From Chiloscyllium plagiosum (taxonomy: Eukaryota), in contig NC_057736.1 of NCBI RefSeq assembly GCF_004010195.1, positions 811,344 to 864,410 on the forward strand: DNA of 53,067 nucleotides, in the 5' to 3' direction. Below the pieces are notes generated by a model, which worked only from the letters and a program-made list of their open reading frames with translations, was not told the origin of the DNA and searched no databases. Position numbers and translations under genes: made by a program. Shown here piece by piece: positions 13,401-25,972 of this stretch (its first letter is position 1; each line of letters begins with the position of its first letter).

Positions 13401-15039
13401 CACTTTGACCTTTCACTTGCTGGGTCCTCCCTGTCCTTTACTTACAACCGGGGCTTGTCGATTCTAATCTTTACTGATACCATGAAACCTGAGTCATCTC
13501 CATGTCGATTTGTGACTACATTTTGACTGGCACTCCCACACATTACTTCAACCTTCTTCTCCTGTTCTCTGCTTCCAGTCACTAATTCTCACCAATTATT
13601 TATTCTTTCTACTTTGCTTTTCTAATCACTCACCTCACTCTGGCACTCCCTTACCTCCTAAGTTCCTTGTGAAGCTCAGATCTAACTTGTACCTTTCTCA
13701 ATATTCTCTATCGAAGCACATGTCTCCATCTCCTTCCAAACAGCCCCTGAGGCCCCCTCTCTTGCCTATTTCCTCACTGCAGTAAATTCCAACTCATCTC
13801 CTGTGTGAGCCAATTAGCTGCCCCCACCTCCAGTTGCAAAGGGAAACAGCGCACTAATCTCGAATAACTACATTCACGAATGGTCAGTTCCAGGCAGGAA
13901 TTCCGAAGAGATCTAGATAAGTTAAGGTCTGCAGCATAATGCCTTAGCTCCAGTGATTTTGAATGTCTAATGGCAGATTCTGTCTGACAAGACTTACAAA
14001 GACATTAAAGAAAAGCACAGGAGATGCTGAAAATGCAGCTCTGACAGTATCTGTGAAAAGAACCAGAGGTAACGGCAGAACGTTCTGCTCTTTTTGGCGG
14101 TGAATCTGGAAACAGTATGGGCATTTAATTCAGTGAGTGGGTTGTAGCAAGACCCAGCCACCTCCATCAGAGTAGGGGTCTTGCTGGGAAAGCCCAAGGC
14201 CAACCTCCTCCTCCTGCCCCAACCGAGGCCTTCCATTGGTCAATTCCATTTAGGAGCTTTGCCCCATCGTCACTGAGATTCTCACAACTGCAGTTGGCCT
14301 GTTGCCATGTGGTTTCATGATGGTCAAACTGTGTGGACCACTCAACAGCTCAGGGGAGGGGCTCCCTCAGCCAAAGGCAACCAAGAGATTGATTGATGGA
14401 CTGGACCTTAAGAAGGGGGCATGCAGAGACAGCCATCACCCTATCATTGCTTTAAAAGCCCTTAGGCCCTTTCTCCACATGGCTCCCACCTCGTGTAGCC
14501 TCCCTCTCTCCATCACTAATCTTATCCTTGGCCCTCCACAATCCTCATCTCCTGAGGTGTGCCCACCTTTTCCTCAGTGGTGCCAGTGAGTGCAAGAGCT
14601 GCCAGTTTCTGATTGGCTGAGAGATGGGACATCCACCCTGGGGAATCTTGATTTCAGGGAAAGGACCATTGGTGGCCATGCACTGCCTGATTTATAAGTC
14701 TGTGCCTTCCTGAATAGAAGCTCTGAGATTCTCTCACCGTCTGTTTAGCCAACAGGTGAGAGTCCCACTACCACAGCAAGATTCCATTTACTCTTTGCAG
14801 TGCCTCTTTTGTTTTCAAAGAAACTGTCGCTTTGCAGTTCACAATGGCAGCTCACTAACAGCACTTTCTCTGGAGGGATTATGGATGGGCAACAAATGCT
14901 GGCCCTTCCAGCAACACCCTCAACCCATGAATGAATAAAAAACATTGCACAATGATTCATGGCCGTCAGTCAACCTGTACGGATGTTAAACGGGGAAACC
15001 AATTCCTTGCTCCCTAATTATAACACAGCGAATAGTGTT

Positions 15040-15170
15040 AGAAGACACCAGGTTAAAGTCCATCAGGTGTATTTGAAATCACAAGCTTTCGAAGCACTCC
15101 TCCCTCCTCAAAGGTGTCCTGCGACTTCTGACTTTGTCCACCCCAGTCCAACACCAGCACCTCACACCAC
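15040..15170. mobile_element. Truncated palindromic element of the 35786 family
   Basis: Contains acaccaggttaaagtcc...acaagctttcgaagc and the terminal actttgtccaccccagtccaacaccagcacctc. Confidence 0.6.
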
Positions 15171-16519
15171 TGAAAAGTACAGTGTTGTTAAGATATTGAA
15201 GCTACACGTGAAATTGCCTATCCCCTGTTTTATTGCCTATTGTCACAAGCCTACATTTACACACAGTGAAACATGTAGTTCCCATATAGCGGTTTAAGAT
15301 TGTGGTGAACAGATGTCTTAACCTGAGATTTTTTTCATCATTTCAGCACGTTTCTATCTTGCAAAGACCGTATAAAGCTCTTACTTTCTTCCTTATAATT
15401 TCTTTTAAAACGTCTGTTATATTCTTGAATTCTAAGAATCAGTGACAGCTAAGTAATTTTTTTTTCTTTAAATTTGTATGCAGTGGGAAAGGTACCTCAC
15501 AGTGGATGCAATGGGCAGATTTGTTTTTCTGTACAGTAATGAAACTACATTTTGATATGTATAGAGTAATTTAAATATTTATAAATTCATTGTCTCCTTG
15601 GATTAATGCAAAGCAACATTTTTGCTTTTGACACATTTTTCAAATCACAGATCAGTTTCTTCCCATCGGAAGGTAAACAATTATCATCTGGCTGTTGATT
15701 TGCTGTTGTCCATTCTGCATCATTGTTAAAGATATATTTTGCCTCAAAAGACTTGCAGAATTAAAATGTGTTATAACAACAGGTCAGAACGCCAAAATAC
15801 TATGGATGTCTTTAACTTGTAATTGCAAGATGTGTTTTTAAAAAGAGGGCTGATACAATCAAAACTGGTAGTGCATGTAAATTAAGTGGCTATCTGGAGA
15901 GAGAGAGAGTGAGACGGATACTGATGGAATGGAACTTTTAAAGTGTCAATAGACTGGGCAGTGATCTCTTTTCACCACAAAGATACTGAGGGGTCAATGA
16001 TCCCCTGCTCACCAGCAAGTCATTGTCTGAAGATTATATTCCAGACTGGAGACACGTTTTGTTTTTTCCCCTTTGAAAAATACAAAAGGACAGGGAGGTA
16101 AAAGTTAATTTCAAATCTATTGAAGTAAGACTGAACTCTCTCACGTGTACTTGCGAGGGCTTGAGTATTGGCATGCTGTTAAAGTCACAGTCAGAGAATT
16201 ATCCCCTTGTTACACCTGTGTTGCAGGTAATGAAATTCTCACTCCATGTATTGCAAATCAATTTTAAAAAAACAGTAAAAAGGATTTTCTATAAATCTAA
16301 AACCAAGAATCTGGAAAATTGTCTGTTTACCATTGTCCTCAATGTCACCATATCTGCTGTTCATAAACAATTCAAAGACATATCTGCATAGCCATTTTTA
16401 AACTTAATTTTTAGACACCCCTCCTATTTTCAATCTGTTTCTATCTGTATTGCATTATTAATTTTCCCTGCATGTAATAATTGATAAATTCACTCTTTTA
16501 GTTATCCTAAGAAAACCTT

Positions 16520-17010
16520 TTTATTCACTCACAGGATATGGATATTGTTGACTGAAGCAGCATTTATTACCCATCCCTAGTTGACCCTGGAGAAGGTGGT
16601 GGTGAGCTGCCTTCTTGAACCACTGCACATAGACCCACAATACTGTTAGGGAGGCCACTCCAGGATCTGACCCAGCAACAGCGAGGAAACAGTGATATAT
16701 GTCAAGGATGGTGAGTGGCTTGGAAAGAAAATTGCAGGGGATGGTGTTGCCATGTACCTGCTGTACTTGTCCTTCTAGATGGAAGTGGTCATTGGTTTGG
16801 AAGGTGCTGTCTAAGGAGCTTTGGTGGATTTCTGCAGAGCATCTTGTATATAGTGACACTGCTGCTACTGAGTGTCAATGGTGAAGGGAGTGGATGCTTG
16901 TGGGTGTGGTGCCAATCAAGCGGGAGTTGCTTTGTCCTGGATGGTTTTGAGCTTCTTGAGTGCTGTTGAAGGTGCACCCATCCAGGCAAGTGGGGCATAT
17001 TCCATCACAT
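16520..17010 (-). mobile_element. CR1/L2-clade LINE 3' end
   Basis: Homologous to 45340-45990 and to the tails at 14840-14940 and 19335-19450 (gcagctcaccaccaccttctc..gggatgggtaataaatgctg). Confidence 0.75.
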
Positions 17011-18189
17011 TATTATTCAAATTCTCATCTTACCAAATATACTAAACAAGTTGAACATTAAGAAATCTCCACATGGAGGTTGGTGCGGATTCCTGGTGAC
17101 TTCAGCTCACTGTTTGCTCCAAAGAAACTCCATCTTGGTCACTGGGTGTTACCAACATCTGAGGGCAGGCTACACATGACCCACATCCACAGACATTGGC
17201 ATCTGACCTGTGTCAGCCTCAAACAACCGTCCTGGGCCCATCTCTGATCCACTTCGAGGGCACTCTACCCCTTCAATGCTGCCCCTCGGGTTGCCCCGGT
17301 AACTCTCACTGTAACGCTGCAGCAAGAACACTGTGTGCTCAGGGACACCATCCATCCCCTACCCCAGCTCAGGACTGCCCCAGGCTGTATCTCTGGGATC
17401 TCCACCCCCTGTCACTCTGACCATTCCTGACTACTCACAGCAAGCTCTCAAAAAGTAGGATTTACTTTTAATTTCTGGTTGTCACCTTCACTACAATGCC
17501 ATTTCCCACCAACAACAACATACTGGTACATTTTATTTGTACTTTTAGTGCTTCAGTTAACCACGATCTTTACGTCATGCAGAATGAAAATGAAAAGCAC
17601 TTTATGATATAATTTTATTAGTTTTGAGGCTTTATTTTGGAAGTTTACTAATCAGACTGAAAAAAGTTTTCTAATACAGTGCAGTGCCCAAGTTGGAATA
17701 CCAGTATTTGATTTTACATAAGCATATTTCTAACCAAAATGTGAACAAAAATGCAGATAAATCTAATTATCTTTGTTATTGGCAGAGTAGATTATGATAA
17801 ATGTTTATGTACAGAATATGTTGTAAGATTTAGGGGTGTGTTTGTCCATGTGTTGATAACGATGGCCCTTGAGAATTTAATGAGGCGTCCATCACCTTCA
17901 TCACTAATAACATTCATCAGTGAGACAAAGCACAAAACAAATACAATGCACAGCTCCATCAGCATTACCCTCATCATCTCAGCTTCATTAAACTGCACAA
18001 CCTTTAGTTCCACTCTGCATGTGACCCACAGGACTTTCCAAATTCATGTCATACGACTTCTAATTGAAGTGGAGTTGAAAATTGACTCCAGCTATAACTT
18101 ACAGGTAATGTTGCAATGCACAATCCCCTCACAGTGTGATCAAACTTTTTTTTATTAATAGTCTAAAGATTAATCGACTCTATCTTAGA

Positions 18190-18516
<327 letters not shown>

Positions 18517-18904
18517 TCAAACCAAATGGATAAAATATTAACAGTATTTAATTTAAAAGATGGTTCCATGAACCATTTAATTGCTCGTAGCAAAACTTTA
18601 GTCAAAGCCAGATAAGATTTTATTTAACTTTTTGGGAGTCAAAAATACAGATCACTATATCTCAGATCTGCAGATAAAATCACTGGATTTTTGATAATTC
18701 CATCTGTGCTGCTTCTCTGAATGTATTGGCTATTGGTCACATTCTCATGCGCTTTCCCTGCAATCCTTTAAAATTTTGATGTTTTAAAAAGATTTATCGA
18801 TTTCTCTTTTATGAGTTTTTAGTGTTTCTGGATAGAGCCGCCTTTCCCCTTGGGCACTACATTGCCTAATGTGTCTACATCAAAAAAACACTTAGAACAG
18901 CAAC

Positions 18905-19320
18905 AGTGGCAACTTGCATTTACATGGCACTTTTAACATAAGAAAACCAACTGGGCATTTTGTAAGAGCAAAAGTTGGAGAAGGAATAGATCATAGCCTT
19001 TTGGGCCTGCTCCAATATCAACATGACCATGGCCTCTACTCCACTTTCCTGCTTGTTCCCATGATTCCCTATTGTTTAACATTGTGTTTATCTCAGATTG
19101 GAATCTCTTCACAGAAGTGGAATTAGAAAACCATTCACATTAAACTAAATAAGGATACAGGTGGCCAAAACACCACTCCAAAGGTCTGGTTTTAAGAAGC
19201 ATATCAAAGGAGGGGAGAGGGGAGGAGAAGGCGAGATAGTAGACAGTAAAGCTTCCGGAGGTGGCTGAAGAGTTGCAGAGTGCTCAAGAGGCAGTCATTG
19301 GAGGAGCACAGATACCTTGA
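18905..19320 (-). mobile_element. L2-type LINE 3' fragment, degenerate
   Basis: caacttgcatttacatggcac is the reverse complement of an L2-like tail, followed by a purine-rich ORF2-end relic. Confidence 0.45.
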
Positions 19321-19471
19321 TAGCTTTTGTTTTAAATTCACTAGTAGGACATTAGTGTTGCTGGCTGGGTCAGCATTTTATACTCATCTCTAGTTACCCT
19401 TGAGAAGATGGTGATGAGCTGCCTTCTTGAACCACTGCAGTCCATGTGGTTAAAAGGCAGAGTTTAGCAAA

Positions 19472-19505
19472 TTCCTGAAGAAGGGCTTATGCCCGAAACG
19501 TCGAT
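19472..19505 (+). ncRNA. Minimal type-I hammerhead ribozyme motif
   Basis: ttc-CTGAAGA-A-GGGC-ttat-GCCC-GAAA-CGTC-gat. The core is intact, with a 4-bp stem II, an ACGT palindromic stem III and a GUC cleavage triplet. Stem I is weak. Confidence 0.7.
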
Positions 19506-19563
19506 TCTCCTACTCCTTGGATGCTGCCTGACCTGCTGCGCTTTTCCAGCAACACATTTTTCA
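19472..19563 (+). mobile_element. 92-bp hammerhead-bearing retroposed insertion
   Basis: Perfect 15-bp TSD gcagagtttagcaaa (19457-19471 and 19564-19578). Confidence 0.85.
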
Positions 19564-19747
19564 GCAGAGTTTAGCAAACTGTCTGGTTATTTTTTAACTA
19601 ATGATCAGAACTTTATGCTGTCCAGATACCAACATCACAGAGCAGGAAAATATCTTTAATTTCTAATCATGATTCTAGCTCTGTGGAGTAAAGATTAACT
19701 ATATCTTTACTCTGAAATTAGTTACTGAACAAGTAGGGGAGGCACCA

Positions 19748-20690
19748 TGTTATAGTGTTGCCAGATCATAGGGAGGTGGACCATGGATGTACTTGCATTT
19801 AATAAAACCAGGTGGTATTCATTCACCTGAATACAATCCTAATCTTCCTACATGGTGGCTGTTAGTGACCAGAACGCTAGTAGAAAGGAGTGTCAAAAGC
19901 AAAGCCCAGCAGCTGTAAAGTGCTATGAGGGAGGAATGAGGCCAGCCCAATGAGACAAACACAGAACGGGGGGTGATACCTGATGGGAAGCTCACAGCAA
20001 CAGGTAGCAGCAGGGGACAGAGACCCAGTTGGGCACCAGACAGTAGATAGCAAGAGCCCATGGAGTGAGCAGCATGAGCTTTAGTCAGCCACAGAGAGTA
20101 ATGAGGTAATGTATATCAGAGGGAAAACAGTGCAAGAGAGGAAACTCGCAGAAGCTGAAAATGAGCAAGAAAACAAAATGGTTTAGGTTGTCATCACTCA
20201 CATAGCAAGTATATCCAATGATGGGAAAAGTCTTGCCTTTACCAGACCATTTAGACCATGCAGCAATCCCTGACCAGATAGATAACAGGGAAACTGGCCC
20301 TGGCCACATCTGAGCAAATACCGCACTGCCTCGGGCCTTGATAAAAAGCCAGGCAAATTTCATGAGCAAGTATGCAATCAGCTGCAGAGTGAATGCCATC
20401 CTCATCAGACAAAGCATAAATGAAGAAAATGTAAAATACAATGATGAGGAAACACAGGCGTTTAACTCGTGCTTCAGACTAAGGCACAATCCCAATATGG
20501 ATCCAGCAAAGTTTAATTCGTGCAATCAGGAACCAGAAAGGGCCATTATTCAATTGTTTAATGATTTATACACTTTGCAAATAAGTGCCAGTATGAATCT
20601 TTAAAAGGTAAGCTCTAATGGGAACAGGGTTTTGGATGAAGCTCTGTCAGAATTTGCACAGTCTGAAGAAGACCTGATATTATCTAATTA
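19748..20690 (+). mobile_element. Ty3/Gypsy LTR retrotransposon remnant (short 5' LTR, PBS, frameshifted gag)
   Basis: TG...AATAAA...CA at 19748-19852 is immediately followed by TGGTGGC. Gag-like peptides RTASGLDKKP, AKFNSCNQEP, NDLYTL, CQYESLK and VLDEALSE..QSEEDLIL occur across frames from 20221. Confidence 0.7.
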
Positions 20691-20891
20691 GAGTCGAGAG
20701 TGTGTTGCTGAAAAAGCACAGCAGGTCAGGAAGCATCTGAGGACGAGGAGAATTGACATTTCAGGCTGGAACCCTTCATCATGATGAAGGGCTCTGGCCC
20801 GAAACGTCAATTTCCCCTGCTCCTCAGACTCTGTGCTTTTCCAGCAACACACTCTCAACTCTGATCTCCATCTGCAGACCTCACTTTCTCC
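20691..20891. mobile_element. Palindromic short element with two opposed hammerhead-like cores
   Basis: 12-bp TSD attatctaatta/attacctaatta (20679-20690 and 20892-20903). Central palindrome cttcatcatgatgaag, followed by GGGCtctgGCCC-GAAACGTC. Confidence 0.8.
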
Positions 20892-21161
20892 ATTACCTAA
20901 TTAAGCTGCACTTTGCAAATAGACTATCCTGTTTAACATGGACAAGCAGGAGGGGTGATTTGAATTATTTTATTGTTAACTTCTTCTGTCTATAACAGAG
21001 GTGAGTTTTAATTTATTTTCTTTTGTCATTTTCTTTTCCCTTTTAAAATAGAGGTGATGTGTTTCATCAACTCTGTTTGTGAATTCCAATTTACAAAATG
21101 ACCCACAGCAAATTCTCTCGGGTTAAAACAAAATAGGTCTTATTAACCCATTCAAAATTCA

Positions 21162-21310
21162 NNNNNNNNNNNNNNNNNNNNNNNNNNNNNNNNNNNNNNN
21201 NNNNNNNNNNNNNNNNNNNNNNNNNNNNNNNNNNNNNNNNNNNNNNNNNNNNNNNNNNNNNNNNNNNNNNNNNNNNNNNNNNNNNNNNNNNNNNNNNNNN
21301 NNNNNNNNNN
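21162..21310. other. Assembly gap (149 N)
   Basis: Run of N bases. Confidence 1.
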
Positions 21311-22386
21311 TCAGTTGAGTGTGGACAGAAGTCAATCTTGCAGAAGCTCAGATGCATTGCATTAGAGTTGAACGTGTAATACTTGTAAATTGGGAATCGG
21401 TTCACCTTGCTGGCAAAATAAAGAATATTTTCCAGAATCCAGACTTATGAGAGAGATTAAGATCAGAAACAGGTGTTAGTTAAGCCTGGGATTGTTTATG
21501 TGATCTACTTTTCTGTTTTAATAGCAGACTGACTAATAATTAAAGCTGTTCAAAACCCAACAGTTTCAGTCACTGACTGCAGTTTAAAATTAGGTTTTGA
21601 GACACTAACTATGATATCTACATGCCAGAAATGATCTTGTGGGTCCACATGCTGCACCCCCACCCCCCACCCTACCCCCTAAGGCTATCTCTTGGCTTTT
21701 GGTAACGCTTGCATCTTAGACAGTTGTAACCTGATGGGATCAATTTTTAAACCTCAGTGTTATAGGTGGAAATGTTGAATGATTTCATCAAACCACCTGA
21801 AAATAGTCTATATTATGTTATATGTGGCCTTCAGTATCACTGGTGAGTCAGGTTTGGCATTGTTGTGGAGCTTTCCTAACACAACATGAACCAGAAACAA
21901 TGACGGACAGGCAGCCCTCCTCATTCTGTGACTGCTTTCTCTCGGAGATGGTGAGAACCTTTCAGTTCACAAACGTGACCAAGTTGACAATGATGGTTTG
22001 GCTCCAGGGCAGTGCACTTTTACCGGTGTATTGTCCAGACATTGCCTTGCTTGTATTCTTTTTTTTTACTTGGCCTCTTGCTGGATTTAAATTGCTACTA
22101 TCGAACACAGAATGAGCAAGTTGGCTGCTTCTAGAAATTCCCCACAATTAGCAGACAAAAGCAAACTCAGTATCTCTCTGGAATGTTCGACTTTATGTTC
22201 TTATGAACCTGTTTCATTCACTGGCCACATCGGGGATTAAACTGGACTAATTTCCAACACAGCCAGACATTAATGATGAAACTCCATCCCCGTACTCAAA
22301 GGATGAGGATGCTAATCTTTCACTTGCTTTGAAAAATGCCTAGAAGAAGTGGAGAACAGGTTGTTCCAAGGATATCAGGAACCAGC

Positions 22387-22999
22387 TATTATGGACTAGA
22401 CCAAACCCCCTCAACATATATTAAGGAGATAGGCCAGACCCTAACTTTTTCTTGTTTAAAGATAAGTGTAAGATGTGCATTCCAGATGCAATTCAATTGG
22501 TCAAATTATTTAAATTTAAACAAAACACACTTTATTTTTGTATTACAGTTAAAATATAGAAAAAAAGAAAATTAGCTTAACTGTAACTCTATCAAAATGC
22601 TTAACAAAATAATATTCATATTAAGTACTACAAATTAACTGAAAGAATATAGTAAGATCCCATAAACACACCCCTGGCAAAGGCAAATTCAGTAAAATAG
22701 ATTGTCTCACATGCAATTTTAGCAGCAGGAAGAGAACCCAGCTTTTAACTGTAACAAAGAGAGGAATAAAAGCTTCCACATCCAGCCTCGAGACCCCAGT
22801 AACTGCTGAAAGCTAAAACTAAAAATCCTGGTTCTGTGGGAGCTTGACCCCACCCATTCAGGCTGCTGCTATTGTTCTAATTTTAAAAAGACCCAAGATA
22901 TTACCAGCTGTTACTTTATTGGCTTTGTACCTCTGTATCAACCTTGCATTATGAAAAAAGAGGACAAATGGCACCTCTTAAAGCCATAGTATTGTCATA
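22387..22999 (-). mobile_element. Solo LTR
   Basis: Perfect 4-bp TSD cagc (22383-22386 and 23000-23003) and minus-strand AATAAA near 22531-22536. Termini are decayed to TA...TA. Confidence 0.65.
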
Positions 23000-23519
23000 C
23001 AGCCACTAGGTGAAGTTCAACATTTTAATTTGCTCTTTAGGAGAGAGTGAGAGAAAATGTAATGTTCACAGAGGCAGATCATTGATTGGATGAAGAACTC
23101 CTTGATCTGGTCACATTCTTTGACCATGAAGGTGATCTAGTGCATGCTGCATCAGTTGAGGAGTTCCACCCCTTCAATGAAGAAAGAGAATGGAGAAATA
23201 TGTTTTTGATTCCACTGAACCCACCAATCACAAGCAGCAACCATTGAGGGTGGTTAACAAACGCTATCCATGATCTTCAATTCTGACCAGGAATCCCAAA
23301 GCTGCTAATGAGCATCCCAAAATTATTAACACAGGGAATAGTCAATTGAGTTTCATCAGAAATCTGGGAAAGAACTCAAGGGTTCTCTCATTAAAGAGAT
23401 GGAATGCCAAACTATAGAATGTCTTGGGATAAAGAGTGGCTTGGAGAGCCTTAAAATTCAGCATCAACAGGAGTTTTGATTTTGGATCTCCAGCATCCAA
23501 TGTTTTGCCTCTATTCAAG

Positions 23520-23790
23520 AATTAAACTGAGGCTTGCCTGCCCTGTCAGGTGGATGTGAAAGATTCCATGGTACTATTTCAAGAAGAATAGGAGTGTGTC
23601 CCTTTGTGACCTTGAGCAAATATTTCTCCTTCAACCAATATCATGAACACAGAGTGTCTGATCATTAATCCATCACTCTCTGTGCCTTTTTTTTTGCAAA
23701 TTAGCTGCTCCGCATCTATGCAGAAGTAAGTACAATTCAAAAGTTCAGAAATATTTGTTAGTTGAAAGAGGCTATATGAATGTAATTTTT
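23520..23790 (+). mobile_element. DeuSINE (SacSINE1/AmnSINE1-like) Deu domain and tail
   Basis: caggtggatgtgaaagattccatggtactatttcaagaagaataggag...caaatatttctccttcaaccaatatca resembles the Deu-domain consensus as I recall it. Tail gaaagaggctatatgaatg. Confidence 0.75.
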
Positions 23791-24119
23791 ATTTTAATTT
23801 GCATGTTTTAATTCAGTCCACTCCCTTCCTTATTCATGGTCAGGGAGTGCAACAGCTGAAACAAAGGAGGGAGAAAGAAATGTTTTTGAGATCATTTCTT
23901 AGACCAGCATGTTCTGAAACTAGCAAGAGAACAGATTTGGTAAAAGATTTGGTATTGTGTAATGTGACAGGACTAAATACTGACATCAGAGTAAAGGCAC
24001 CTTCACTCAATAAAGTTATTAGAATTGATCTTTAATGAAGCTACAGCTGGACACTTTGAAAAGTAAAGATATTTAGGAAGAGTCTGAATGGTTTTGTGTA
24101 AGAGAAAACATTGACACAA

Positions 24120-24380
24120 GGGGTGGTACAGTGGCTCAGTGGTTAGCACTACTGCCCCACAGCATCAGGGACCTGGGTTTGACCCCAGCCTTGGATGACT
24201 GTTTGTGTGGGATTTGCATATTGTCCCCATGTCTGGGTGAGTTTCCTCCCACAATCCAAAGATATATAGGTTAGGTGGATTAGCTACGGGGAATGCAGGC
24301 ATGGGTCTGTGTGGGATGCTCTTTAGGGGGTCTGTTTGGGCCGAATGGCCTGCTTTCACACTGTGTGGCTTCTATGGTTC
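24120..24380 (+). mobile_element. HE1-type V-SINE
   Basis: A box gtggctcagtggttagcac, B-box-like ggtttgaccc, V domain, and tail gggccgaatggcctgctttcacactgt. Confidence 0.85.
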
Positions 24381-24429
24381 CATTTATTGGAGTTTTTGAA
24401 TGAGTTCGATGCACTGTAGAGAAAGAGGA

Positions 24430-25005
24430 GCCTATTAAAAACTATATTTGCATTTGATAGGATTATGGATGTCAAATAGAAGTACATGGTGTAAGGGGCT
24501 AACATAAGGACATAGGGAGAGGATTGGCTGGCCAGCAGAACAGACAAGTTATAAATGGTTCTTTGACCAATTAGCAGATACAATGAATGGAGTCCTAGAC
24601 AGTTTTGTGCTGTGCTGGGGCCTCGGCTCTTCACAAGCTATAATCAATTAAATAAGAGAAGGTAACTAAATTTGTAGATGCCACCAAGATAGGTTGAAAG
24701 TACATTGCAAGGAGGATGTAAGAGCAAACAAATATCAATGGGATGAGCAAGTGAGCAAAACTCTAGCAGATGCAGTATAATGTTGGAAAATGTGAATTGT
24801 TCACTTTCACAGAAAGAATAAATGAAGAGTATTATTTAAATGGAGAATGGAAGTGGAGAGGGATCTTAGTGTTCGTGTGCATGAGTCACAAAAAGTTAGT
24901 ATGAAACTACAGCTAGGAATTAAAAGGGCAAATGGAATGCTATTCTTTATTACAAGATGAATTGAACATAAATGTCACAATGTTATGCTTCAGAGATAAA
25001 GGGAA
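24430..25005 (+). mobile_element. CR1 LINE RT fragment, degenerate
   Basis: KFVDATK (FADDTK-like) at about 24668-24690, then WQM-like and ERDLSV segments. Confidence 0.75.
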
Positions 25006-25785
25006 TTACCACCACAGGTGCATAATGGGCTCTGAAAATATTTGTCTAAATTAACAAATGTTAATAATAAAAACACTATTATAAACAATATTAACTAAAG
25101 CCAATCCAAAATGACCAAATGACCAATGATTTTAACCCTGTTTGAATGAATTGAAAGGGTCAGGGATGTGGATTGGTGTTGAGTGTATTAAAATCACATT
25201 GGGTGACCCCCACATTCTGGACTCCTCATTCAGTGGAATCAATTGTCACAGCTTTTAATCCAGAATCCTTTCCATTTCTCAATGGTCATAAATATCAGAG
25301 AGTTAGTGGAAATGGCCTTAATGTCCAATTGTTCTGGGAAGGAATTCTTCCAAAGAAATACATTCTTGCTTGTAGTAACTATAATTACTGTGAGAAAAGT
25401 TTGTTGAGAAACAGTAAAGGGGGAGAGGAATGGGAAAAAAAAATGAATAGATGGCAAATTCCATTAGGATAGAGACTGAAAAGTTGGTTTTGGGGTGGGG
25501 GGGGGGGGGTATGATGAATGGAAGTTCCAACATGGTAATGTCAGAGGGACAGTGCCAGTAACTGGGCAGTATATGGAGACTAGCTTTGGGCACTGAAGAA
25601 GGAATTGAGGGCAGATTGAGCTGGGTGAAGATGGAGAATATCACTGAAACAGGAAGATTGCGAGTTTGAAACGTGTTGCAAATTTTCACTCCACCAGTAT
25701 GTTAAACCAATTTCAAATCAAATTCACATCAGATACCTGATGGCTCAAGGATCTTATCCCTCACTCCAAAGGCTCCCTGCTTTCA

Positions 25786-25912
25786 TCCCTGATGAAGGGC
25801 TTTTGCCCGAAATGTCAATTTTCCTGCTCCTCGGATGCTGCCTGACCTGCTGATCGAGGGCCAAAGGGCCTGTACTGCGCTGTATTCTTCTATGTTCTAT
25901 GTTCTATGTTCT
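25786..25912 (+). mobile_element. Hammerhead-family fragment joined to a CR1 3' tail
   Basis: CTGATGAAGGGCttttGCCCGAAATGTC at 25789-25816, then gagggccaaagggcctgtactgcgctgta and (ttctatg)n. Confidence 0.7.
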
Positions 25913-25972
25913 AATCTAGGCTCAAGCATCATGTAAAGCAAATAATGAGTCAATCTTAAGATCTAGCCTGCA

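Noticed and set aside
1-18100. LCK or BLK coding exons on the minus strand
   Set aside because: No MGC.CS, SH3, SH2 or kinase motifs were recognised.
17751-18158. 135-aa plus-strand ORF and 73-aa minus-strand ORF next to the FAM167B stop
   Set aside because: No recognisable domain. The position corresponds to the FAM167B 3' UTR.
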